Shown in pieces: positions 52,699 to 64,000 of a stretch of 64,000 bases of DNA (positions within the stretch are counted from its first letter, which is position 1; each line of letters begins with the position of its first letter). Source of the DNA: Heptranchias perlo (Eukaryota). The translations under genes and the position numbers were made by a program. The stretch spans positions 25,978,001 through 26,042,000 of the forward strand of contig NC_090350.1 in NCBI RefSeq assembly GCF_035084215.1. The letters run 5' to 3'. Below the pieces are notes generated by a model. It worked only from the letters and a program-made list of their open reading frames with translations. It was not told the DNA's origin and did not search any database.

Positions 52699-54186
52699 CT
52701 ATTTTAAAAAAAATTGAATTGAATCAGCTCTATTATTGTCTACTTTCAATTCAATTTCCAGCAGATATGAGTCCCCAGAGCAAAATTGCTCTCCTAATTC
52801 TTAGTTCTTTAGAGTTCTTCTCAGGAAAAAAACTAGGTTTAGTGAGAGATTGATGTAACAGCAGTTCATTCCTCTTACAGTCACTCACTTCTGCTTTTGT
52901 GTTACTCGAAATTGCAGACATCTTAATCTATAACATTATGATTTGAGCTTATGAAGAAGAACCAGTGCTAATTTAAAATACCTGATGCCTACGGTATTGT
53001 CATTTCAAATGAGAAGGCATGTTACATTTTAGATTAAAGTTGGAGGCAATCATTTAAAAGGCTGAGTGGTGTTTTAGTTTCAATGAGGAAGGCCTTGGTG
53101 GACCACCAAATCCGATTTTCTTAGTGACACCCCTGGCTTCTCAAATGGTTTGCAGAATAATTACTGATAAACCGATACCTTACGTCACTTAACAATTCTA
53201 TGACTTGAATCTGCAGGTATGGGCAGCATCTGTGCGATTAGCCTCCAGCCCAGTGGAACTGCTCTGATCCGCTGGCGCTACATTTAGCATGAGGCCGCTT
53301 ATCAATTTTTTTTGTGCAGTCCACCCCTTGTACAGAGAGAAACATAGAAGTGAGGAGGGAAATAGAAGTGGAGGAGGAGAGACAGAGAAAGAAAAATGGA
53401 AGTAGAGGGCAAGAAAGAGTAGTGAGCGAGGAGAGAGATTGGGGAGAGATTGAAGTCAATGGAAAAGAAAACTGGACAGAGTAAAATAAGCTGCCGAAGA
53501 ATTATTGCCCGTTTTGCCCTATTTCACCCCCATTATTTTTGCAGAGATCACTATCAGCCTCTCACACCCTTTTACCTAAGGATACTGAGAGATTTTTGAT
53601 GGAGCCTAGCCCAACAAAGTTTAAGAACAACTGAATCAGATAGTATTGTTAAAAATGACAGTGGACTTGAGCGAGAGTGTTTTTCACTGAAGCATGGCAC
53701 AGCATATTAGAGTACCAATGCCAGGGAATGCTGGTCACTTCCCCATCCCAATGAATTCCTGACCTCAGCTGCACCACTATTGACAGGTGTAAAGTGAGGC
53801 AAGGTAACTCCCCAGATGGAGGGAGGGACAATCATATTGGGCTGCCTCCTACACTGGCTCAAGAGCAATGTAGTTGAAGGCCTGGGAGTAAGTCGCTTGT
53901 CTGCTGTCTTGGGTGGAGGAGGTGCATCACTCAGTGAGGCCAGAGAAAAGGAAAAATAGGAAGATAATAGAACAGTGGCATGCTGCCCAAAAACTATTGT
54001 TCAAAATATTGATTGTAACCGATTAGTATTCAGGCAAACAAACCAAAAACACCACTGTTGTACAATATATTATGTGTACCAGTTAATAATTATTCACAAA
54101 TAACAAACTCCTTCACTGATCATTTGAACTTGTGAGGGCATTTCTATTTGTATGGGTCCTATTTGTATATATAGCTTTCTTCTTAC

Positions 54187-54260
54187 CTCCCAATATGCTT
54201 GGTCATCGTAGCATTTTAGATCAGGGGGCTGCTTCCAAATGTTTAACTTCAGAATAAAAC
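54187..54260 (-). CDS. RHD: Rh30 exon 9 (74 nt)
   Basis: CAG|GFILKLNIWKQPPDLKCYDDQAYWE|GTAAG; same size as human RH exon 9. Confidence 0.92.
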
Positions 54261-54309
54261 CTGCAAACAAAAATAAAGAGAAGCTTGCTTAGGTTGTATC
54301 CTAAAAATA

Positions 54310-54715
54310 CATCCAACTTCCACTCCAGGACTTAAATATCTAAACCGACTCCCAAGTGCCAGACTAAGGGAACGTTGCATTGTTAGAAGTGCCATAGTTT
54401 GGATAAGATATTAAACTGAGGCTCTATATATCTGCTCTGGTGCTTGAAATGGATGTTGCACTATTCCAGGGAGAGCAGAGAGTTAGTGACTAGTGTTCCA
54501 GTCAATATTGTTCCCTCAACCAAAATCAACAAAAGACTAACTTTACCATTCGTCTCATTGCTGTTTGTGGGACCTTTCTCTCTGCAAAATGGCTACCATA
54601 TTTGCCTATATAACAACAGTCATTGCACTTCAAAAGGGTCATTGTACATGAGACACTTTGAGATATTTCTGAGAAACATGATAAAGCACTACATAATTCA
54701 ACTCTTTTTCCAAGT
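54310..54715 (+). mobile_element. Degenerate Deu-SINE
   Basis: gaagtgccatagtttggataagatattaaactgaggc core; ctcattgctgtttgtgggacct. Confidence 0.65.
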
Positions 54716-55189
54716 GAATTCATCCTGTGAGTACTGTAAGTCCTTTCAGTTTTGTGTGTGTCTGCAGCTTAGCACCAGTGAGTGTGATTTTCTACGTTGG
54801 GCTCACAATGCTTATGGACGGGTGAGAGAGTTGCCTTGGATACAGCTTTTATTTGCCATTGGTAAAAAACAAGAGTTTTGTTTTAAAAATAAGTTTTAAT
54901 TGCAAGGCAGTAGTTCCAGTAAGGTCTTCTATCACATCCATGGAATAAATGAAGTATTCCAAATATACGATTTAACAAGCATTCTTTATGCATTTTTCTG
55001 GGCCAGGTGTTATTTGGGAAAATGTTACGGCCGAGGAATGAGAGTCTGATGTTTAATTTCATCTTCAGATGATCCAAAGCCAAATTCCAATTTGAACCGA
55101 TCAGGATATTTACCTTTTCAAGATAAGAGGAAATGCCAAATTTAACATTAAGAAAAATATATCTTTTAAACACTGTTATTAACTACTGG

Positions 55190-57390
55190 TAGTTCTTTTC
55201 TTTGTTCTCAGGATGTGGGCAACATTGTCAAGGCCACATTTATTGCCCGTCCCTAGTCACCCGGACAACCACTGCTGTCTTGCTCGTGATGGTGCTTCCA
55301 CAATGGGGTTATGTAGGAAATTCCAGGATATTGACCCGGTGACAATGAAGCAACAGCGATATATGTCCAAATCAGGATGGTGTGTGATTTGGAGGGGAAC
55401 TTGATAGTGTTCCCACAACATTGCTGCTCTTGTCCTTCTCAGTGGTAGAGGTTGCAGGGGAGTGTGGTGCTATCAAAGTAACCTTGGTGAGATGCTGTAG
55501 ATCATATATACTGCAGCCACAGTGTGCTGGTGGCAGAGTGGGTGGATATTGAGTCTATTGGCAAGAGCACCAATCAAATGAACTGCTCTGTTCTGAGTGT
55601 TGTTATGGCTGTACTTATCCAGGTAAGCGGTGAGGATTCCATCACACTCCTGACTTGGGGTATATAGATAGTGGAGAGGCCTTGTGGTTGAGGGAGGTGA
55701 GCTACTCATCACAGAATACCCAGTCTCTGCCCTGCTCTTGTACCCACAATGTTGAAATGAATGGTCCAATTCAGCTTCTGGTCAACGGTGACCCTCAAAA
55801 TGTTCATGTATCAGGGACTCAGTGATGGTGGTACCCCTGAATGTCAGGGGAGATGGTTGAACTTTCTCTTATTCAAGATGGTCATTATTTGACACTTGCG
55901 TGATGCAAATGTTACCTGCCACTTGTCAGCCCAAGTTAGGATGTTATCCATGTCCTTTTGATGGCTGCTTCACAATCGTTGGAGTTGTGAATGACGCTGA
56001 GCACTGTAGAATTATCAGCAAACAGCCCCAATCCTGATCTGATGACGGAGAGAAGACCCATTGATGAAGCAGTTGCAGGTGGTTGGGCTGAGAATACTTC
56101 CCTGAGGAACTCCTACAATGATATCCTGGGACTGTGATGACAACCAGAAGCATCTTCTTTTGCATCAAGTATGACTCTAGCCACTGGAGGGTTTGCCCTT
56201 TGATCTTCATTGACTTTCAGTTTTGCTACAGCTCCTTGGTGCTATACTTGGTCAAATGGAGCCTTGATGTTGAGGGCAGCTATTCACACCTCCCTTCTGC
56301 CAGTTAACTCTTGTGTCCATGTCTGGATCATGGAAGAACCTGAACTAAGCATCAGTGAATAAGTTATAGGTGAGCAGGTGTCACTTGATGGCACTATTGA
56401 TTACTCCTTCCATTACTTTGCTGAAGATTGGGAGGTTGCTAATAAGGTGGTACTTGGCTGAGTTAGATTGATCCTGTTTTTTGTGGAAAGGACATACTTG
56501 GGCAATCTTTAAGGTAGACACCAGTGTCATAGCTGTACTGGAACAACTTGGCAAGGGGAGTAGCTAGCTCTGGTACACAGGTCTTCTGTACTACAGTCAA
56601 GGTGGTGTCAGAGCCCATAGCCTTTGCTGTATTTACTTAGTCACTTTTTAATGTCACGTGGATTGAACTGAATTGACTGATCACTGGAACCTGCAATGGT
56701 GGGGACCTTGGGGTGAGGTTGAGTGAGATCACCTGCTCAGTAATTTTGGCTGAAGACACATGCAAACACTTCAGCCTTGTCTCTTACACTCATATGCTGG
56801 GCTCTACTATGGTTGTGGTTGGGGGCTTTCAGGACACTCCTCCTCCTGGTCGTGCACCACCATTTGACCAGATGTGGTAGGGCTACAGAGCTTGGCTCTG
56901 ACCCGTTGACTGTGGAACCACTTAGCTCTCTCTATAGCCTGTTGCTTTAAGTGTTTAGCATGCAGGTAGCCCTGTGTAGTAGCTTCACAAGGATTGTACC
57001 TCATTCTAAGGTATGCCTGGAGCTGCTCCTGCATTTGGAGGACTTTGCACGATTGACTGGGCTGAGATTCCTTAGTCTTATCCTGATCTCATGCCTGGGT
57101 CATCACCGATAGGTCCGTCCAATTCCTTTCATCATTGAATTCTGTAGTGATTATTTACAACTTGCTGGGCCACTTCAGAGGGCATTAAGAGTCAACCACA
57201 TATCGTGGGACTAGAGTCACGTAGGCCAGACCAGGTAGAGGAGGAAGGCCCACTTCTCTGAAGGAAACTAGTGAACCAATTAGGTTTTTACAGCAATCTG
57301 GAAATTTTCACGGTAATTCTTCCAAACTTTGATTAAAAATATTTTTTTTTTAAAAAGAACTTTTGTTTTTTATTAACAATGCCATCACCA
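55190..57390 (-). mobile_element. Decayed CR1-clade LINE (same family as 11855-12729)
   Basis: Begins with the reverse complement of the same 3' end (ggatgtgggc..gccacatttattgcc..tcccta); peptides IKGQTLQWLESYL, YLRMRYNPCEATTQGYLHAK. Confidence 0.85.
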
Positions 57391-58386
57391 ATTCAAACTA
57401 CACTATTGGAAGACACACTGGTGCAGTGCCCTGCACGACCTGTAGATGGAGTTATTGTGCTCTTTTTATAAAGTTGCACACCCTACCTGCTTCAGTTGCT
57501 AAATACACTGAAGTGGTGCTGAATCAGGATGGTGCTATGTTTCATATCTCTCAATCTGCAAACTTGAAAATCACTGACAGAGCTCTAAAAATAAGAAACA
57601 CTTTATTTTTTACAATGTGTTGAGTCCTGATTATTCAAATAACAAAATTTTCATTCATTACATATGTACTTTTAATGAATTTATTGTCTTGTTATGGTTT
57701 CTACAAATTAAGGAAGTTTCATTCTGGAATGTATTTCATTTGTTAAACGTTTTTTTTAGGTTAGTGCCACCCCAGGTTCACCACTATTCCTTCTGAGGTC
57801 AGTATCATAATTCAAGAGTTAGTGGCCTCTGTCCTAATTCACAAATGTGTTTACAACCTCCCTGTGATCACTGTCACCATCCAATCTGTCTCTGCCAAAA
57901 TCCACAGGAATTACGCCAGGCGTGTCTCCACTCTCCATTACCCAAAAGTAAGCCATGTAACCAAACTGCGCTATCAATGGTAGACTCTCTCCCACCTATA
58001 CTGACCACGTGGATCCTAACAACTTCTTTGAAGATGCTGCTATTCTCCTTAATCTAGTCCAGTAGAACAGATAACTAAATTTAACGTGACTTCTTTCCTT
58101 GCCATGAAATTCTGCAAGGCAAAGAGCTGCATTCTAAGAATGTCTATCTAGATACTAATTTGATATTGGCAGTAACACAAATCTGCTTGGAGTTCATTGT
58201 GTAGCTTGGCAACTGATGAAGGAAAACTAGAAAATCGCTAGGTGGGAGAAGGCATGGTTTTTATGTTCCTGACATCATTCAGAACTAGTTAAGGCATTTG
58301 CCTGCACACACATGTTATACCGTCACTCCATAAATGACAGCTGCATTATTGAAATTCTATCTATATAAAATGTTTTACACTCTCAC

Positions 58387-58466
58387 CTGTGATTAATCCT
58401 GTTAGAATGCTCATTGCCAGGGTAATAAACATAGCTGTTTCCCAGTATGCAGCATGCAATGTCTTT
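58387..58466 (-). CDS. RHD: Rh30 exon 8 (80 nt)
   Basis: CAG|A KTLHAAYWETAMFITLAMSILTGLIT G|GTGAG; same size as human RH exon 8. Confidence 0.9.
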
Positions 58467-58518
58467 CTGAAAGCAAAAAGATCAACAGAGCTTAATAATG
58501 TGCCAAGAAGAAAACTAC

Positions 58519-58683
58519 AGGTGTAATTTTACAAGCCTTCATTGCCAGAAGGGAGTCTCACTCACAGGCAGCAGAAATTTGCCATTCAGACACACACTAT
58601 TAAAATGAATGCTGAGAAAATGGTGGGTAGTGCATACCTGACTTTCCGATTTGTGCTATGGGTGGACGTGTAAAATTATACCC
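58519..58683. mobile_element. Possible MITE with about 15-bp imperfect TIRs
   Basis: aggtgtaattttaca ... tgtaaaattataccc (13/15); no clear TSD. Confidence 0.4.
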
Positions 58684-60585
58684 TCTTTTAGAAGTCGCAG
58701 ATCACAGGAAGGATGATAACCTATCTACAGCATGGTTGCCTCTTCTTAATAAACTGCTTATCAAAGCTAAGGAAATGACTGATGGGGAATAGGATACTTT
58801 CCCAACTTTGGTACCAGCATCAGTATTGAGCAGGATGCCTAGAACTCCAACACCTCCAAACCAATCTCTGCAACAAGCCAACCAAATTCTGCAGCAAGAT
58901 AACGTGGCACATTACCAAGTGAGCTAAATATGTTTATGTCTTAATAATGGTGTAACAGCAGCAATTTTTAGATTAAACAATGCTTGAACTTGAAACTTAT
59001 GGGTCCCTGATGAGGAGGTAGAAAGCAGCAGCAGAGCAAGAGCTGAGGCAGAGACTGCAGTGGTCAGCGGCAGAACAGGAACCCTGCAGCCAACCAATCA
59101 ACCCATAGTGAGCTAGCCACCCTGTAACTATTACAGCCACCCCACCAGCCAGGCCGTCAGCACCATTTGTCACCAGCAAGCAGCCAGATGTTTAGTTTAA
59201 TGTGTATCTTAACATCTATATAAACTTATATTGACATTGGTGATGGCTTTTTATTAAGGATTACTGCTCTCCAGATTTTTGCATTCAAATTTAGAAAAAG
59301 AATCTTCCAAATTTTTTCGGTTCAGCCCATAGTAATGATGGAGGTCTTCCCCCACAGCCATGAAACACCATATTCCTTGCACCATTCCACCTGGCACGTG
59401 TGCTGCACTAGCCCAGCCATTAATTTGTAACTGAAGGTGCAGATCAGAGACAAAACAATAAAACCTGAAAATCAGCAGCATTGGTTGGGTAAGAACGGAA
59501 GAAATACCAGCACATACCAAAAAGAATGGGAGAAACATCAGCAGCTACCTGGTTACATTATTCTGTGACAATTTTCACTGCTGTAGAATCATGGAGCACT
59601 GAAGGACCTGGTACTCAGGGGTGCAATGGGCCACACAGATAGTGAAGCTCCCTTTACTCTGCCGCAACAATGTACCTTAACCCAAACCTCAAGAGGAGGA
59701 CCTCATACACCTTTTTTTTATTTTTCACACCAGCAGAGACAAATTTCAGCGCCATAAAGGAAATCCACTTGCACTTTAAATTCAAATCTATGTTTAAAGT
59801 TAATGATTAGCAAAACCTATGATTCCTGCAGCTGAGACTGTTAACTTAGGCATCCCCAAAGGCAACCAACTGTATTGTTAGAGGGATAGGCACTTGCCGA
59901 TGGGCATTGCACTCATTAACTCACTGAACACAGCTTGTTCAGAGTGAGGCAAATTACATTGTTCCCTTACTTTTCTGTCAAGCTACAAATTCTTAGTGAG
60001 GGCAGAAATCCAACAGCTTTGGGATCACTTAAGATGTGAGGTCCACTTATGGGGAACACAGTGAGACTAATGAAAATGAGAATGACTCATTAAAAGCATC
60101 CTAAACCATATCACAGGGATTGACATGCTTGCTTGGATCAAAGCAACTAAAAGCAACTTTACCACAATCTGCATAATGTGAGAGTGCTTGATCCTGACAG
60201 AGGTACAAAAATTGGAAATGTTTCATTCCTCAACACTAATTTACAGAGAAAGAAAAGGAGCTAGCAAAAGAAATGGAAGACTTCTCGACTTAAACACAAA
60301 CTAGACTGAAAGTAATTTGAAAAAAATATAAAGTAATAGGGAACAAATGAACAGAGCTTGTTGAAAATTAAAGTGAAATTTCACTTAAAGCAAAACATAT
60401 CATACTAGCCTAGAAATTATGCTGTGCATTAGGAGCTCATGGATACTTAATGCATTTATATGACAGACCCTTCATTAAAATATTGGATAAAGTCATTTTG
60501 TACAAATGTGTTGCACATTTGAATGCTCATATCACACAGCAAAAGGCTTTAGACATTTTATTTAACACAAAGTTTGAAAACATAC

Positions 60586-60719
60586 CTTTGCAAATCCTCA
60601 CTTACAGAAGGCACTGAAAGTAGGATGATGTACACTATGCCTCCTATGACACCAGGCAATCCATGGGTATAGAGAACACCACAGGTATCATGTAGGCCCA
60701 AATATAATTCAAACTTGGC
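60586..60719 (-). CDS. RHD: Rh30 exon 7 (134 nt)
   Basis: TAG|AKFELYLGLHDTCGVLYTHGLPGVIGGIVYIILLSVPSVSEDLQ AG|GTATGT; same size as human RH exon 7. Confidence 0.93.
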
Positions 60720-61039
60720 CTAGAAAAAATGTTAAATTGTTAGATGTTGTCCACACACAAACACAAAGAAGAGAGGAAACCAAATAATACTTTAAGAGTA
60801 TTCCAAATAAGACTGGCACAAATTAAGACTCCAATATTCAATTACATATAGAATTACATCACAGTCTACAGCACAGAAACAGGCCTTTCAGCCCGACTGG
60901 TCTATGCTGGTGGTTATGTTCCACATGAGCCTCCTCCCACCCCTCTTCATCTAACCCTATCAATAATGGACCTTTTCAGTGAAAGTGTGATCGGTTTGAC
61001 AGCGAATGCATTTTTAAAAGATAATCTTTTTAAAATTTT

Positions 61040-61400
61040 CTCCCCATCTCCCGTGAAAGTGTTGACTTTTGTTGGTGTACGGTTTCATATGCCTACAGCC
61101 CACTGGTACCTAACCCAATTGGACATTCTTCACATGTAAGCTTTGACAGGGAGCATCAGCAGGTAGCTCAACTGTGGATGTGCACTGGAGCGAAGCACAT
61201 TCCTGCTCTCCACGTGTTCACTCTCCAGTAGAAGTCACTGGACAACGATCAGGGGTAGAAACTTTGACTGTTTTTTTTTCCTGTCTGGTCATAGCAGCCC
61301 AGTTGCTACAACAGTTATGATGAGCCAACTCAGCACAAACCACAGATCAAACCTGAGGTGTTGTGGTCTGCATGGATGAATGGGTTCTTACATTGACATA
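61040..61400 (-). mobile_element. tRNA-headed SINE (AmnSINE2-like), degenerate
   Basis: ctggtacctaacccaa..cattcttcacatg..tcactggacaacgatcagg..gccaactcagcacaaacc. Confidence 0.55.
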
Positions 61401-61881
61401 TGCTTACTGCATTTGGCTTGCTTAGCTAGAGAGCTTCTCAGGCAGACTTTCTACAATCTGCTTCTGATAGCCATCTGCGTATAAACAGTGAGTGCCATAA
61501 AATCCAGTAAATTGTTTGAACAGACTAAAAGATGCACTTCTGAATTTATGTTGCACAGCCAGTCAATAAAAGATCAACCATGTTGATGCAATAGTTACAA
61601 GATTCGAGGTTTACTTAAAAATCTACAAGAAGAGATTGGATTCATGGATTGGATTTTACAGGACTTTTTGCTGTAGGCCAATGGCTTCTGCAAGCCTGGT
61701 CTTAATGCCTCCTGGTCCTACATCCTCATTTTTCAGCCTTGGTGTTTATAGTTCAACAGACCATTGTGGATACATTTTTCTTTGTCAAAGAAAAAGGACA
61801 GTAAATAAAAATAGATAGATAAATAAGGTGCACACATAAACACATTGTACTTGGTATTTTTATGATTTTTTTCAATATTAC

Positions 61882-62019
61882 CTTCAGGTACTTCAACCCC
61901 AGGGTGGAGATAACTCCAGCAATCAAGCCGATTATCATTGCGATGTAAGCAGATGGTATCAGAGAGGCAGAAAGTCCAACAGCGACTCCTCCTGCCAGTG
62001 TAGCACTGCGGATATGTGA
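61882..62019 (-). CDS. RHD: Rh30 exon 6 (138 nt); upstream exons are outside the window
   Basis: CAG|SHIRSATLAGGVAVGLSASLIPSAYIAMIIGLIAGVISTLGLKYLK|GTAAT; Rh/Amt family ATLAGGVAVG motif. Confidence 0.94.
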
Positions 62020-62784
62020 CTGTAGGGGCACAATTAAAGCAAGTAGTGTAAAGCACCAATTATTTCTGAATCATTATTTTATACACAAAGATAGAATATT
62101 GTCCCGTTTCTAAGTTCATTTTTCAAGTTTTTACATGTTAGTTTCGTACATAGTATTTGAAAGCATTTTTTAACACGGAGGTGCTCCCTTTTTTTTAAAA
62201 TTAGGACTACAGTTCCCATGTTCGAGGACCACTCTCACTGACCTCTCATTAACAAACCTCATGTGTTTAATTTTTGGCGAGCTTTTATACTTTTTGTCTT
62301 TTTCAGCTGCTCTCTGTTTTTCTCTTCAACATCCCAAAGCTCGTAGGCTTTAAATTCAGGCCCACTGACACATGGAGCTGGAACGTTGTTGAGGTCCTCA
62401 GGTGAGGGGGAGGTGTACCAATATTCAAACATCTTTTTCTAATAGCACAGATTCCGTTTTTAATCAAAAAAGCTATAAATTATAAAAGGAAGCAGTTAAG
62501 CTCATTCTCATTTTATCTCAGGATGGCAGATGGCAAATTCAATTGTTTATTTTAAATACGACTTTGTTCCTTCGGTCCCCGGTAAATTAATATTTGCAGG
62601 GGGTAGCCCACACAAAAATGTTTGCAGACCATGGACATGCATACAAATAGAGCAAGCAGCACAGAGAAAATGCCAGAATCGAAAACAATAATATGGAGAC
62701 AAAGCTGGAAACTGAGTCAGAACATAATGTGAAAGCCAGAAAGAGACAAAGGGAATAATAAAAATTATTGCAGAACACTGCAGG

Positions 62785-63122
62785 GAGGATGTTTCCCCTG
62801 GCTGAGGGGGTCCAGAACGAGGGGTCACGGTCTCAGGATATGGGGTAGGACATTTAGGGCTGAGATGAGGAGAAATTTCTTCATTCAGAGGGTGGTGAAC
62901 CTGTGGAATTCTCTACCACAGAAGGCTGTGGAGGCCAAGTCACTGAATATATTTAAGAAGGAGATAGATAGATTTCTAAACACAAAAGACATCAAGGGGT
63001 ATGAGGAGAGAGCAGAAATATGGTATTGAGATAATGGATCAGCCACGATCATATTGAATGGCAGAGCAGGCTCGAAGGGCCGAATGGCCTACTCCTGCTC
63101 CTATTTTCTATGTTTCTATGTG
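62785..63122 (+). mobile_element. CR1 LINE 3' end
   Basis: gatgaggagaaatttcttcattcagagggtggtgaacctgtggaattc..ggccgaatggcctactcctgctcctattttctatgtttctatg. Confidence 0.9.
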
Positions 63123-64000
63123 ACACTAGAGACTAAGCAAGATTTTAAAAAAGGAAGGATTCAAATGAAGAGGCTAGAAATTCAAGTGTTACACTGAAGT
63201 CCCGCTGATCTGACTTGCCATGACCCCATCCCAAATCCTGGGTAAGGGATTATTTATATATTGGAACAGGTGCCCACACCAGCACTGGCACTACTAGGGC
63301 ATCTGCCACAGACCTGGCGAGATGTCATAGCAACTCTTCGCCACTCCATTCGGGGGTAGCGGAGGTCCACAGACCAATCTGGCCGAAGATGGGAGTTGCT
63401 CAAAAATGTTGCTCCCTAGCAAGGGGTCGGTCCCCATATTCAAAGGTTTGAATATGACACTATTGGGCTCAAATGACATTTGATATTTGGACATGCACAG
63501 CTTGCAGGCACACGTACCGCTGGCCACGTGGGTGGCATAACTGGCAGGATTTCCAGAGTGAGCACAGGATTCTGTCAGATGCACCCCTTAAAATGACGTA
63601 AGGACGGGGCAGTGGAATGCGACTGCACCACCCCCCACCCCCCCGGCCCCCCACTGGATATTCATTTGAGAGTCAGTAAGGGGTATAAACCTGGCAGAGA
63701 CAGGTTCTTCCCTATTTTCCAGCAGCTCTGCTTCTGGAACACCCAAATTCCACTCCAAAAAGGAATGGAAGTTCTAGGCTCAGAGATTTTATATTTCCTC
63801 AACAATTTTCTCTCATTTGCAGAAGGCATTGACTCCTTGCTGGCGTATAGTTCCACAGACACCCGGGGTGCCCTCTAGTACCCCACCCAAATGGCCATTT
63901 TTATATATGAGTCTCATGACTGAGTGTCAGCGAGCTGTCTAAATGTAGGAGGCATTTCAACCATCCTGGATCTTGTTCCCAACACAACATCCTGACTTCC

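Noticed and set aside
52672-62019. RHAG/RHBG/RHCG identity for the Rh gene
   Set aside because: The short FPHLA C-terminal exon and adjacency to TMEM50A point to Rh30; the symbol RHD is used only for the RHD/RHCE co-ortholog

Overview
Eukaryotic, intron-rich vertebrate DNA, most likely from a shark or other cartilaginous fish judging by its CR1/L2/Deu-SINE/Penelope/Harbinger repeat content. It corresponds to the RH blood-group locus. Five protein-coding genes can be rebuilt by hand from GT-AG exons: RSRP1 (-, 5' part only, with an in-frame 33-bp Ser-rich coding minisatellite); an mgst3b-type microsomal glutathione S-transferase (+, complete, about 143 aa); an intact, intronless SNRPC/U1-C gene (-, probable retrogene) head-to-head with TMEM50A (+, complete, 159 aa) across a CpG-rich bidirectional promoter; and exons 6-10 of an Rh30 (RHD/RHCE-type) gene (-) tail-to-tail with TMEM50A. 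The main points of interest are the U1-C retrogene and its possible 3'UTR GC-AG intron, retention of the channel histidine motif in Rh30, candidate poison exons in RSRP1, a complete TIR/TSD-bounded Harbinger element, a probable solo LTR, two hairpin/inverted repeats, and several ancient SINE families. Family names come from recalled motifs, not database searches. Most short ORFs in the track are spurious or transposon-derived.
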